From: a virus
Taxonomy: Duplodnaviria > Heunggongvirae > Uroviricota > Caudoviricetes
Length of the DNA: 64,000 nucleotides
Reading direction: 5' to 3' (one strand)
IMG/VR virus record: IMGVR_UViG_3300008108_000006
Of the stretch, positions 54,700 through 63,175 are shown piece after piece. The position numbers and the translations under genes were made by a program. Numbering within the stretch: position 1 is the first letter of the stretch; each line of letters opens with the position of its first letter. The notes beneath the pieces are model-generated. The model made no database searches and had not been told where the DNA came from. It saw only the letters and a list, made by a program, of their open reading frames with translations.

Positions 54700-55503
54700 T
54701 CACATGTAATCAAACAACGATCCACTCTCATTTCTTAATTTTCTAAGAGCCTTTTCTTTGATTTGACGGACACGTTCTTTTGTAAGATTAAAATCATTTC
54801 CAATTTCTTCAAGAGTTTTTGGCGCATCACCAGCTATTCCAAAGTAATCTTCAACAATAATTCTTTCCCTATCATCCAAAATACCCAAGATCTCCATCAT
54901 CTTCTCTTTCAAAATGTTTTGAGTGTTGAATAAAGATTCAGGTAGGAACCCATCAGGACTTTCAATGGTATCTAATAACGTATCACCTTCCTCATTGATT
55001 GTTTGATCATAGTTAATAACCGATGGTAGTGATTGCATCTTATCCGATAATTCACCACCTTTTTTACTGATCTCACGTTTTTCTTTGTATAGATCTTGGA
55101 CAATATTAACCGGAAGACGGATGGTTCTTGAATTCTCATTCAAACTTTGAAGAATAGATTGTTTGACCCACCATACCGCATAAGAGATAAATCTTAAATT
55201 CTTATTCCAATCAAAACTTTGAATGGCTTTCATAAGACCTAGGTTTCCCTCAGCGATTAGGTCCGCTAACTCCAACCCTTGGTTTTGGTATTGTTTGGCA
55301 ATAGTAATAACAAACCTTAAATTACCTTCCAACAACTCTTTATCCACCCTCTCTTTTTCTTCTTTGGTTAAAGACCCACTCAACATCATTTGAGATAGTT
55401 CTCGTTCCCTCTCAGCCGACATAACTTTTAATCTACGAACATCTTTCAAATAAGACGAGATCTCGTCTTGGTTCATAATTACAACTGCACTTCTTTCTTT
55501 CAT
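54700..55503 (-). CDS. RNA polymerase sigma-70 family factor (RpoD/RpoS-like, lacks region 1.1)
   Basis: NLRFVITIAKQY...DLIAEGNLGLMKA...RFISYAVWWVKQSI...RTIRLP...TLEEIG...LTKERVRQIKEKALRKLR. Confidence 0.93.
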   Translation of the reverse strand: MKERSAVVIMNQDEISSYLKDVRRLKVMSAERERELSQMMLSGSLTKEEKERVDKELLEGNLRFVITIAKQYQNQGLELADLIAEGNLGLMKAIQSFDWNKNLRFISYAVWWVKQSILQSLNENSRTIRLPVNIVQDLYKEKREISKKGGELSDKMQSLPSVINYDQTINEEGDTLLDTIESPDGFLPESLFNTQNILKEKMMEILGILDDRERIIVEDYFGIAGDAPKTLEEIGNDFNLTKERVRQIKEKALRKLRNESGSLFDYM

Positions 55504-55507
55504 TTTA

Positions 55508-56068
55508 TTACTCCTGTGATTTTAATATTTGTTCTTCTAATGGTGTTAATGAATCAATACCAGATTCGTTGATCTTGTCTAAGATTTCATCAATTGTAGG
55601 TTTTTTGAATCCCGCCTTGTTCATAATTTCTTCAAGGACACTTTCATCAATCTCATTCTCAAATTCCATATCCAACTCCTTCGCAGTCATACCAAGTCCT
55701 GTCTTTTGAAGACCATAACTACGTGTGTTCAAATCAACTTCACCATCTGTTTTTTCTAAATCAAACAAATGTTCAAAGAAGTTTCTCGGTAACATCACTG
55801 ACATATTGTCAGTATATTCCATCAGAAAGTATTGAGGTGCCGCACTACTAATGGTAAACGAGAGGAATTCTCTGAGTTCATTAAAATTAACTTCGGACCA
55901 AAAATGGATGATTACATTATAATCACCAAACAAAAATTTAACGGACGGTGAGTCTGCAATAGGTGCTAGACCATCAGCAACGTCCCGGATGACATTTTCT
56001 CTACCTGAGAATTCACCCATCATAAACAAAAGATATTTTTTCATATTCTTTATTGGATTAGAGTACAA
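55508..56068 (-). CDS. Hypothetical protein with C-terminal DUF6576-like motif
   Basis: IDEILDKINESGIDSLTPLE. Confidence 0.6.
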   Translation of the reverse strand: MYSNPIKNMKKYLLFMMGEFSGRENVIRDVADGLAPIADSPSVKFLFGDYNVIIHFWSEVNFNELREFLSFTISSAAPQYFLMEYTDNMSVMLPRNFFEHLFDLEKTDGEVDLNTRSYGLQKTGLGMTAKELDMEFENEIDESVLEEIMNKAGFKKPTIDEILDKINESGIDSLTPLEEQILKSQE

Positions 56069-56103
56069 AGTACGGATATTTATTTGACAAAAACAAGACC
56101 AAA

Positions 56104-56394
56104 ATGAAAAAAATTGTCACATTATCAGAATCACAATTAGTCGGTTTAATTGAACGTATTGTGAATGAAACATCTAAGGATAAACAGTTCATTCAAAAAG
56201 CAGTTGAGAAACAAGAGAAGAAAGGAACTTCCGGCAAATTCGGTGCTTGGTGTAAGAGAAATGGTCTTGCATCTGCAGATGGTGAAGTAACTATGAAGTG
56301 TATCAACAAAGCGATGAAGTCCGATGACTCTTCTGTTGTTAAAATGGCTAACTTCGCCAAAAACATTGGTGGTTTTAAGGGTGCTAAACATTAA
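56104..56394 (+). CDS. Small leader-bearing protein
   Basis: MKKIVTLSESQLVGLIERIVNE; TATTTAT at 56087-56093. Confidence 0.65.
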   Translation: MKKIVTLSESQLVGLIERIVNETSKDKQFIQKAVEKQEKKGTSGKFGAWCKRNGLASADGEVTMKCINKAMKSDDSSVVKMANFAKNIGGFKGAKH

Positions 56395-56409
56395 ATAATA
56401 ACAATAATA

Positions 56410-56439
56410 GGGGAAGATGTAACTCTTCCCCATTTTTTT
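56410..56439 (+). terminator. Intrinsic terminator
   Basis: GGGGAAGA...TCTTCCCC followed by U tract. Confidence 0.75.
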
Positions 56440-56443
56440 AACA

Positions 56444-58825
56444 TCACTGACTTACTTTTGAAATGTTATCAGTTTTTGTGATCTTAACAGTATTGTTAGC
56501 CCACTGACTAACCAATGGATTGTGTGTGATTACAAAGATCTTTTCAAAGTAATCTTTAATCTTACTGAAGAACTCACCAACCATCTCAAGGTTTTCATTA
56601 GATATCTTTCCAAATACCTCGTCAAATACGATTATGTTCGGTTTTGGTAATGAACATACTTTACTTAACACCGCTCTCAACGCCAAAGAAGCAATTGTCT
56701 TCTCATAACCTGATCCTGATACCATCAGTTTTTCAACACCAGTTCCGTTATCAATCATAACAAACTCAACCTCGTTCTTATCGTTAATTCTAACTTCCAA
56801 TTTGAAGTAAGAACTATCTTGTAACAATCGTTGTAGTTCTGAGTTAATCAACGGCATCATCGTTTTCATAATCATCTTTGATATTCCATTCTTTCCAAAG
56901 ATATCCAAATAGATCTTGTAGATCTTTTCTCTTTCAAACTCCAACGCAATCTTACTGATTAGGTCCCGATTTTTTTCAATCTTCTTAACCAATAAATCGT
57001 TTTCATTTTGAATTTGAGATAAATCCCTTTCAATCTTACCCTTCTCCAACTTCAAGTCATCCAACCTCATAGTTGCTTTCACAATTTGACCATCGAGATT
57101 TTTGTTCTCCTCGATCTTATTTTGAACATCATAAAACTTTCCGAGTTTATCTTTGATTTGTTGGATCTTCATATCATAGTTTTGAATCTCCACCTCATAC
57201 TTTTCTCGGATAAGTTTGTTCCTTTCATATTGATCAAACTCGCGTTTTAGTTGTTGGAATTGTAGGTCACCTTGGTTCAACTCATTAAGATTGTTTTCAA
57301 AACCTATTTGTTGTTCCTTAAGTCCGTCCATCTGTTCTAACTTGGATTTTGTCAGTTCAGCATTCAAAAGTTCAATACCACAATGCTCACATTTGATTCC
57401 CCCACTCACAGAACGAGCCAATACTTCCAAGTCTTTCAATTTAACATTAACCTCAATTTTACTTGATGTTACTTGTTTAATATTTTCTCGGATTTTATCG
57501 TGCTCTGTTTCGTTGTAGAACTCACTCGGTGGAACAACATTAACACCATCCATTAACTTTTTGGTCTCCTCTTTCTTATTCTGAAAAACAAGGATCTCAC
57601 CATTTAAGTTTTCCGGGTTGATCAATGAGAGTTCTTTATCAATGTCAGTGTGTTTCTTCAACATCAACTCATCACGGAATTTTTCACCACGAGATAAACG
57701 ATCGTTAGTGTCTTCCAATTTACCATCCAACACCATCTTCTGATCGTTGTTTGTGGTAATCTTTTCATTAGACCCAACAATCTCATCTTCCAACTGCTGT
57801 GTTGAATAAAGATTTGACATCATCGTCTTTGAAAAACTTGAATATAGTTCTTTACCTACCTCTTCTTTTTTCTTCAAAAACTCCAACCCCAAGAATTTGC
57901 TTAATACTTGTCCTCTTGCCGTTGGTTTAGATTCCAATAAGTCCTCCAAGTTAGATGCGGTGGTTAAGATCGTCATCAAAAAGTCCTCCATCTCACCGAT
58001 AGAATTCTTAATGAACTTTTCAGTTTCACGTCTTTGTTCTCCAGTATAATTCTGAAGTTCCCCATTAGGTAGTTTCTTAAAGAAGTCCAACTCAGTCTTA
58101 ACATTCCATTCACCTGATTTTGCTTTCTTCCTCTCCAAGTTACGAACAATTAAGTAATCTTCCCCATCAATAGTAATCTCACCCTTCACACTTACCTTAT
58201 CCTTATCTGTAAATCTGTTGAAGATCTCCTCAGATTTGGTTGTCTTGGTCGTGGTGTTGAAGAATAAGAACATCAATAAATCCACACTTAATACCGTCTT
58301 ACCTCCGAAGTTGGGTGGGTTTGATTCAATCACGGTGATACCATTACACTTTTCAAAATCCAAAACCTGTCCATCACCGTATGATAAAAAGTTTGAAAAC
58401 TCAATCTTTCTAATATACCACTTCTTAAACGCCGCATATTCTTCCTCCGACGCAGCAATCTTATTCTCAACCATTTGGTCAATACTCAACACCTCTTCTG
58501 AATGTCGTTCCAAATCCTTGGCTTTCAGATAATTCTTCATCATCTCAACCTGGTAGTTACGATCCATAATGTTAAATGAAACATCAACCGTCTGCATAGT
58601 GTCGTCATCTTCGCCAGCAATTACCTTGGTAATAACATTCACGTTCGTTGTGTTGTATTTCTTTTGAAAATACAGCTTAACACTCTTGATTCTCTCCTGT
58701 GTAAAGTTCTCAGGTGAATCTTGCCATACCACTTGAACGTACGGATTATTTAGTTTATCAATTTCTATCTTCTTACTCATAAATTCGTAATTAAAATCAG
58801 GCTTGGGGTTGAATAGATCCCACAT
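56444..58825 (-). CDS. sbcC: SbcC/Rad50/T4 gp46-like SMC ATPase
   Basis: Walker A NFGGKT, coiled coil with CEHC hook, signature SGSGYEK, Walker B VFDE, H-loop ITH. Confidence 0.9.
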   Translation of the reverse strand: MWDLFNPKPDFNYEFMSKKIEIDKLNNPYVQVVWQDSPENFTQERIKSVKLYFQKKYNTTNVNVITKVIAGEDDDTMQTVDVSFNIMDRNYQVEMMKNYLKAKDLERHSEEVLSIDQMVENKIAASEEEYAAFKKWYIRKIEFSNFLSYGDGQVLDFEKCNGITVIESNPPNFGGKTVLSVDLLMFLFFNTTTKTTKSEEIFNRFTDKDKVSVKGEITIDGEDYLIVRNLERKKAKSGEWNVKTELDFFKKLPNGELQNYTGEQRRETEKFIKNSIGEMEDFLMTILTTASNLEDLLESKPTARGQVLSKFLGLEFLKKKEEVGKELYSSFSKTMMSNLYSTQQLEDEIVGSNEKITTNNDQKMVLDGKLEDTNDRLSRGEKFRDELMLKKHTDIDKELSLINPENLNGEILVFQNKKEETKKLMDGVNVVPPSEFYNETEHDKIRENIKQVTSSKIEVNVKLKDLEVLARSVSGGIKCEHCGIELLNAELTKSKLEQMDGLKEQQIGFENNLNELNQGDLQFQQLKREFDQYERNKLIREKYEVEIQNYDMKIQQIKDKLGKFYDVQNKIEENKNLDGQIVKATMRLDDLKLEKGKIERDLSQIQNENDLLVKKIEKNRDLISKIALEFEREKIYKIYLDIFGKNGISKMIMKTMMPLINSELQRLLQDSSYFKLEVRINDKNEVEFVMIDNGTGVEKLMVSGSGYEKTIASLALRAVLSKVCSLPKPNIIVFDEVFGKISNENLEMVGEFFSKIKDYFEKIFVITHNPLVSQWANNTVKITKTDNISKVSQ

Positions 58826-58997
58826 TGTTATCCTCGGTTAGTCCTGACATCGCTTTGTGTTCTTCCACTAATTCTTTCAAACGTTGCATCATAACCTCTT
58901 GATACATCTTGTTGTATGCTTTTTGAGCACCTTTGATTTTCTCGTTTCTTACTTTCACTTTTTGTTTGTGATTTTTTCTGTTTCTTGATACTGGCAT
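58797..58997 (-). CDS. Small basic hypothetical protein
   Basis: MPVSRNRKNHKQKVK; start refined. Confidence 0.6.
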   Translation of the reverse strand: MPVSRNRKNHKQKVKVRNEKIKGAQKAYNKMYQEVMMQRLKELVEEHKAMSGLTEDNNVGSIQPQA

Positions 58998-59050
58998 AAT
59001 ATAAATTTTTATCCCTATAAAGATAAAAAACTTTTCTGACATAATCAAAT

Positions 59051-59080
59051 AAAAAAACCGGTCAATGACCGGCTTTTTTT
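59051..59080. terminator. Bidirectional-type terminator hairpin
   Basis: ccggtca-a-tgaccgg flanked by A and T tracts. Confidence 0.65.
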
Positions 59081-59098
59081 AATGTTTGTTCAACCCTC

Positions 59099-59437
59099 TC
59101 ATTTAGGTCTATTTTGTTCGTACCATTCAATGATACTGTTGATTGCCCAAACACCACCCGATGCTAACATACCATCGAAAAAACAGGATATTATGGAGTT
59201 AGTAGAGTAAAATTCATTTGTTGGTGAAAACAACACCAACGACATAAGAAATCCAACCCAAGTGCTTGTACACATCATACAGGATATCAAACCACTAATA
59301 AATGTAAAAATGGGTTGAAACACTGATGGTATTGTCGCTGCGTTATGAATTGAGTTTCTTAAATTGTTAAAAATGGAACCATATACCAATATGTTTGACA
59401 TCCCATAAGCCATAAGTAACCATCCGAATAACATCAT
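59099..59437 (-). CDS. Membrane protein (DUF1360-like)
   Basis: GLISCMMCTSTWVG within hydrophobic helices. Confidence 0.5.
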   Translation of the reverse strand: MMLFGWLLMAYGMSNILVYGSIFNNLRNSIHNAATIPSVFQPIFTFISGLISCMMCTSTWVGFLMSLVLFSPTNEFYSTNSIISCFFDGMLASGGVWAINSIIEWYEQNRPK

Positions 59438-59444
59438 ATTCTTT

Positions 59445-59849
59445 TTATTTAGAATAAAGGTCGTTCAAGTTTGATCCTCTCAAGATAGCGCCTTTTTGTA
59501 GATAGTTTCTTGATAATTCTTTCACTTGTTCTTCCAAGTTTTTTATTTTGTCACTCTTTAATGATAACTCATCGTTTAAAGATTGTATAGTGTTCTCAAG
59601 TTTTTTTATTGATTCTAAATCAGCAACATAAACCTCTTTAACAACTTCCACCGGAACTTCTTTCTCAACCTCAACAAACATTGATTCACCTTCACCTAAA
59701 AGTCCATACTTCTCAATATTATATCCCTTCATTAAACAGGCTAAAACAAATGAATCGGAATTTTCAATATCGTTTAATTCACAGAATTTTACGATATTCT
59801 CATAATTCTTCTTCGGAATCTCAATAGTTTGTAAGTTGTTCTGTTCCAT
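59445..59849 (-). CDS. Hypothetical coiled-coil protein
   Basis: ORF track. Confidence 0.6.
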   Translation of the reverse strand: MEQNNLQTIEIPKKNYENIVKFCELNDIENSDSFVLACLMKGYNIEKYGLLGEGESMFVEVEKEVPVEVVKEVYVADLESIKKLENTIQSLNDELSLKSDKIKNLEEQVKELSRNYLQKGAILRGSNLNDLYSK

Positions 59850-60600
59850 TTACCAAATCATCAATACTGTTTATTTTGAAAGCCAAAAATGGTTTTGGAT
59901 TCATTAAGTCTACAAAATCATAGACATCAGTTTCAACATTGTAAATACCGAATCCGTGTTTATTCAATGTTTCACCATAGTTTTGTTGTATTGTTGATCC
60001 AACCATATACGCTTTCTTCCCACCAGGAATATTAAACACCTGTCTTTTATGGATATCACCACACAATACTAAGTCACAACCATCAAACTTATCAGATGAA
60101 AACCCTTCTTCAAACTTATAACCAATATCTGTTGTAAGTCCTTGGACAGGTCCGTGGAACAATCCTATCTTGGTTCTACCATCCTTGTTGATCTCAGGTG
60201 GTAGATTATGTTCCATCAAAGAATAAACGCACCAATCGATGTTTTCGTCCTCATAAACCCCACGATTTTTAAGATAAACGATATTCTCGTTCTTCAAAGA
60301 ATCAATGATGGGTGTTAATGTATCCAATCGCTCAGTATTGTTCTCCAAGAAATCGTGGTTACCTATAATTAAAATTGTCTTTGCAATTTTTGAACACTCG
60401 GTTAATACCCAAGCAACCATCTCAATCAATTCGGGTGAAACTTGGTTCTTACTATGAACCAAGTCACCTGTAAATACAATACGATCGGGTTTAATCTCTC
60501 TAAATTGATTAAACATATCATTGATGATATCTCGATACAATTCGTGATCCTTAAACAACCTAATGTGTAAGTCTGAAAAATGTACTAACTTCTTAATCAT
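59821..60600 (-). CDS. sbcD: SbcD/Mre11/T4 gp47-like nuclease
   Basis: HFSDLH, FTGDLVH, IGNHD, FHG, CGDIHKRQ; near SbcC. Confidence 0.88.
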   Translation of the reverse strand: MIKKLVHFSDLHIRLFKDHELYRDIINDMFNQFREIKPDRIVFTGDLVHSKNQVSPELIEMVAWVLTECSKIAKTILIIGNHDFLENNTERLDTLTPIIDSLKNENIVYLKNRGVYEDENIDWCVYSLMEHNLPPEINKDGRTKIGLFHGPVQGLTTDIGYKFEEGFSSDKFDGCDLVLCGDIHKRQVFNIPGGKKAYMVGSTIQQNYGETLNKHGFGIYNVETDVYDFVDLMNPKPFLAFKINSIDDLVNGTEQLTNY

Positions 60601-60802
60601 CCCCTAAAATTTTGAAATCCTCATTCATAAAACCGCAACCATCACATACATAAGTCGGAAACGGAACTAATGTGTCTTCTGAAGACCCTGTTAATAATTT
60701 ACTAACCTTTTTAATAAGAGTAACTTCTCTGAATATTACTCCTCCACAACTCTCACACTTAACCGTGGGTTGGTCTTTTAACGAAATTTTTACATCACTC
60801 AT
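60593..60802 (-). CDS. Zinc-ribbon protein
   Basis: CESC...CDGC. Confidence 0.65.
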   Translation of the reverse strand: MSDVKISLKDQPTVKCESCGGVIFREVTLIKKVSKLLTGSSEDTLVPFPTYVCDGCGFMNEDFKILGDD

Positions 60803-61661
60803 GACTTGAATATTTTTCTTTAATCATATTAACAAAATTGGATAAAATCAATGAACTCTCCATCATTTCATCACCATAACGGTCTTTCAATACTTTAATA
60901 CTTGAATAAAGTTCGTTAAGATTAATCTCACTTAATTTTTTAACCTGTGATTCAACTTTTTTACGATATGTTTCATAATACCATAAATCAAACGCCTCAA
61001 GTCGGAAAGTATTCAATAGTTCAGACAATTCTAAAATATCCCAACCATTATTAACACAATGAACTACCTCAATTTCAGAATCAGCGGCATTAAAAATTTG
61101 AAGACCATTTTCCATAGGACAAAAATTGTTTGTCATATAGAACGCAATCTTTTGATAATTCTTATGAAGTTTGGGATCATTGTTAATTACATAGACAAGA
61201 TACCCATCTCTAGTATAACTATTAAAATGATTATTAGTATCTCTAGATGCCGTACACCACTTGGTGGATGCTCCATATTTCAAGGACGCTTCATACGTTA
61301 ATGGACGACACATAAAAATAGTATCTTCATTTTTAAGAATTTTAACCTTGTTCTCAATGTTTTTTTGGAAGTCAGCGTCTTCTTTTTTAGTTACCGCATT
61401 TCGGATTACTTCATTAATATATTCAAAATCTTTATAATCAGAATGATAAATGTCTTTATTATCAATGTATGCAATAAATTCGTGAAACTTTGTAACGGTA
61501 CCCATAATATTTTTAGGTGAAATATTTGGATGGTTGGTTTTCATTTGACACATATATTCCAAATATTTCTGCGTCTTGGACATATCGTGATTAACGAACG
61601 ATTCAAAGGTAGAACTTCTAATTACAGGATATTTCTCCCTAATTGTTTCAATTTTTGACAT
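60795..61661 (-). CDS. STKWCTA (PcfJ-related) domain protein, no leader
   Basis: RPLTYEASLKYGASTKWCTAS; paralog of 37093..38892 N-terminus. Confidence 0.65.
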   Translation of the reverse strand: MSKIETIREKYPVIRSSTFESFVNHDMSKTQKYLEYMCQMKTNHPNISPKNIMGTVTKFHEFIAYIDNKDIYHSDYKDFEYINEVIRNAVTKKEDADFQKNIENKVKILKNEDTIFMCRPLTYEASLKYGASTKWCTASRDTNNHFNSYTRDGYLVYVINNDPKLHKNYQKIAFYMTNNFCPMENGLQIFNAADSEIEVVHCVNNGWDILELSELLNTFRLEAFDLWYYETYRKKVESQVKKLSEINLNELYSSIKVLKDRYGDEMMESSLILSNFVNMIKEKYSSHE

Positions 61662-61689
61662 AATTTTATTTTTTTATTGTTTTTTCAAA

Positions 61690-62376
61690 TCATATATAGA
61701 TAACATCAACTAACTCATTTATGTTCAAACCATAGAACTTGAAGTTATCAACCTCGTGTTGGTATGTCTTATGAAAATGACCATAAACCCATTTAATTTG
61801 TTTTTCACCCTTGAACTTGTCATAGACCTTGGTAATCATTTGTCGGTCCAACTGAAGATCCGAGTATAAATTACTATCATTCATCGCATAATGATGAACC
61901 AGACTATCAAATCCAAATGGTGGTGTGGTTATCGGTGCTGTATGGGTAACAATCACATCAACATCCAACCCATCAAACCTAACAGGATCAATAAATGGAA
62001 CCCCTTCGTTATCCCAATAACTGTACCCCAACGTACGATGCTTACGATCAATACTAATCGCACCACCAATAAATAAATGAACCAAACCATCTATCGTTAA
62101 GACATCAAAATCTTTAACAAAAACGATGTTTGAATATTTTGGTGGATTGTCCCACACATTAGGATTATCGTGATTACCACGAATAATGTATAGGGTATTA
62201 TCATTCACAACCAATCGTTCATTTACTCGGTCAAGTAATTCTGATTGTTTATTTATCATACCTATTCCAAAATCACCAACTTGGACAATACTAAAATTAT
62301 CCAAGCGGTCACTTGCTTTAACAACCACGTTTAGGTCACCGTGAATGTCTCCCAAATATGCTATTTTGTTTCCCAT
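61690..62376 (-). CDS. Calcineurin-like metallophosphoesterase
   Basis: GDIHG, QVGDFG, IRGNHD, VTHTAP, YGHFH. Confidence 0.88.
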   Translation of the reverse strand: MGNKIAYLGDIHGDLNVVVKASDRLDNFSIVQVGDFGIGMINKQSELLDRVNERLVVNDNTLYIIRGNHDNPNVWDNPPKYSNIVFVKDFDVLTIDGLVHLFIGGAISIDRKHRTLGYSYWDNEGVPFIDPVRFDGLDVDVIVTHTAPITTPPFGFDSLVHHYAMNDSNLYSDLQLDRQMITKVYDKFKGEKQIKWVYGHFHKTYQHEVDNFKFYGLNINELVDVIYI

Positions 62377-62381
62377 AACAA

Positions 62382-62413
62382 CAAAGGTAATAAGAAAAAA
62401 TTAAACCATCAAA
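62382..62413 (-). promoter_or_regulatory. Bacteroidota-type promoter TTTG-N20-TACCTTTG
   Basis: Consensus match 5 nt before ATG at 62376. Confidence 0.7.
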
Positions 62414-63173
62414 CTTTTTCCAACATAATTTTTACCTCAGCCATTAAGTCCTTGGTTTCAATTACCTTATAATCATCAATCGCTTCGTTAATCCAAACCA
62501 AATAACACTTACCAATCTTAATGTTGGTATTCTTCTCAATCAAATGTTTATACAAATTCAACTGAAGAGAATAAGTATTCAATTCACACTCTTCCAAATG
62601 AGAGATGGGGTCTTTCATCTTGTTACCATAGTTATTACCAGTCTTAATCTCCTTATTGGTCTTGTAATCCCAAATCTGATATTCACCGGCTTTCTTGTTG
62701 TAAAACAATGCGTCAATCTGACCAGCAATACCATATTCCATATCACCAACAACCAATTCCATTTTAACCGGAATTAAGTTAGCCTTGGCCTGATGATAAA
62801 ACTTTTCAACCATTTTAACACACTTATCAAACGGTTCTCTAATCGGATCCAAACCAAATCGTTTAACCACAGGAACCGGATCATAAGGAAAGATCTTGTT
62901 GTTCCATAAGTTTTCAGCATACAAATGGACAGCACTTCCTTTTACCGTAGAGAAGTCACGTTTGTAATCCCAATCCGAGATAACATCCTCAACCTTCAAC
63001 CCCCTCTTACTAGCATAACTCTCAGCCATACCTTGGGTATCAAACTTATCCTTAAACTTACCAATGAAGGTTGTTACGGATGTTAGTTTTTTACCGTCAC
63101 AATAATACTCGTGTGGTTCATCGTAATACGTGATACCATTGAACTTAGATAGTTCCAAAAAAATATTTTCCAT
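62409..63173 (-). CDS. PD-(D/E)XK exonuclease
   Basis: LTSVTTFI, GSAVH, IAGQIDAL, IWDYKTN, YSLQLNLY. Confidence 0.85.
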   Translation of the reverse strand: MENIFLELSKFNGITYYDEPHEYYCDGKKLTSVTTFIGKFKDKFDTQGMAESYASKRGLKVEDVISDWDYKRDFSTVKGSAVHLYAENLWNNKIFPYDPVPVVKRFGLDPIREPFDKCVKMVEKFYHQAKANLIPVKMELVVGDMEYGIAGQIDALFYNKKAGEYQIWDYKTNKEIKTGNNYGNKMKDPISHLEECELNTYSLQLNLYKHLIEKNTNIKIGKCYLVWINEAIDDYKVIETKDLMAEVKIMLEKV

Positions 63174-63175
63174 AT

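Noticed and set aside
56444-60600. SbcC/SbcD as a Wadjet or other SMC defence system
   Set aside because: The pairing with an Mre11-type nuclease, primase and exonuclease fits the standard gp46/gp47-like phage recombination module; no Jet partners are visible
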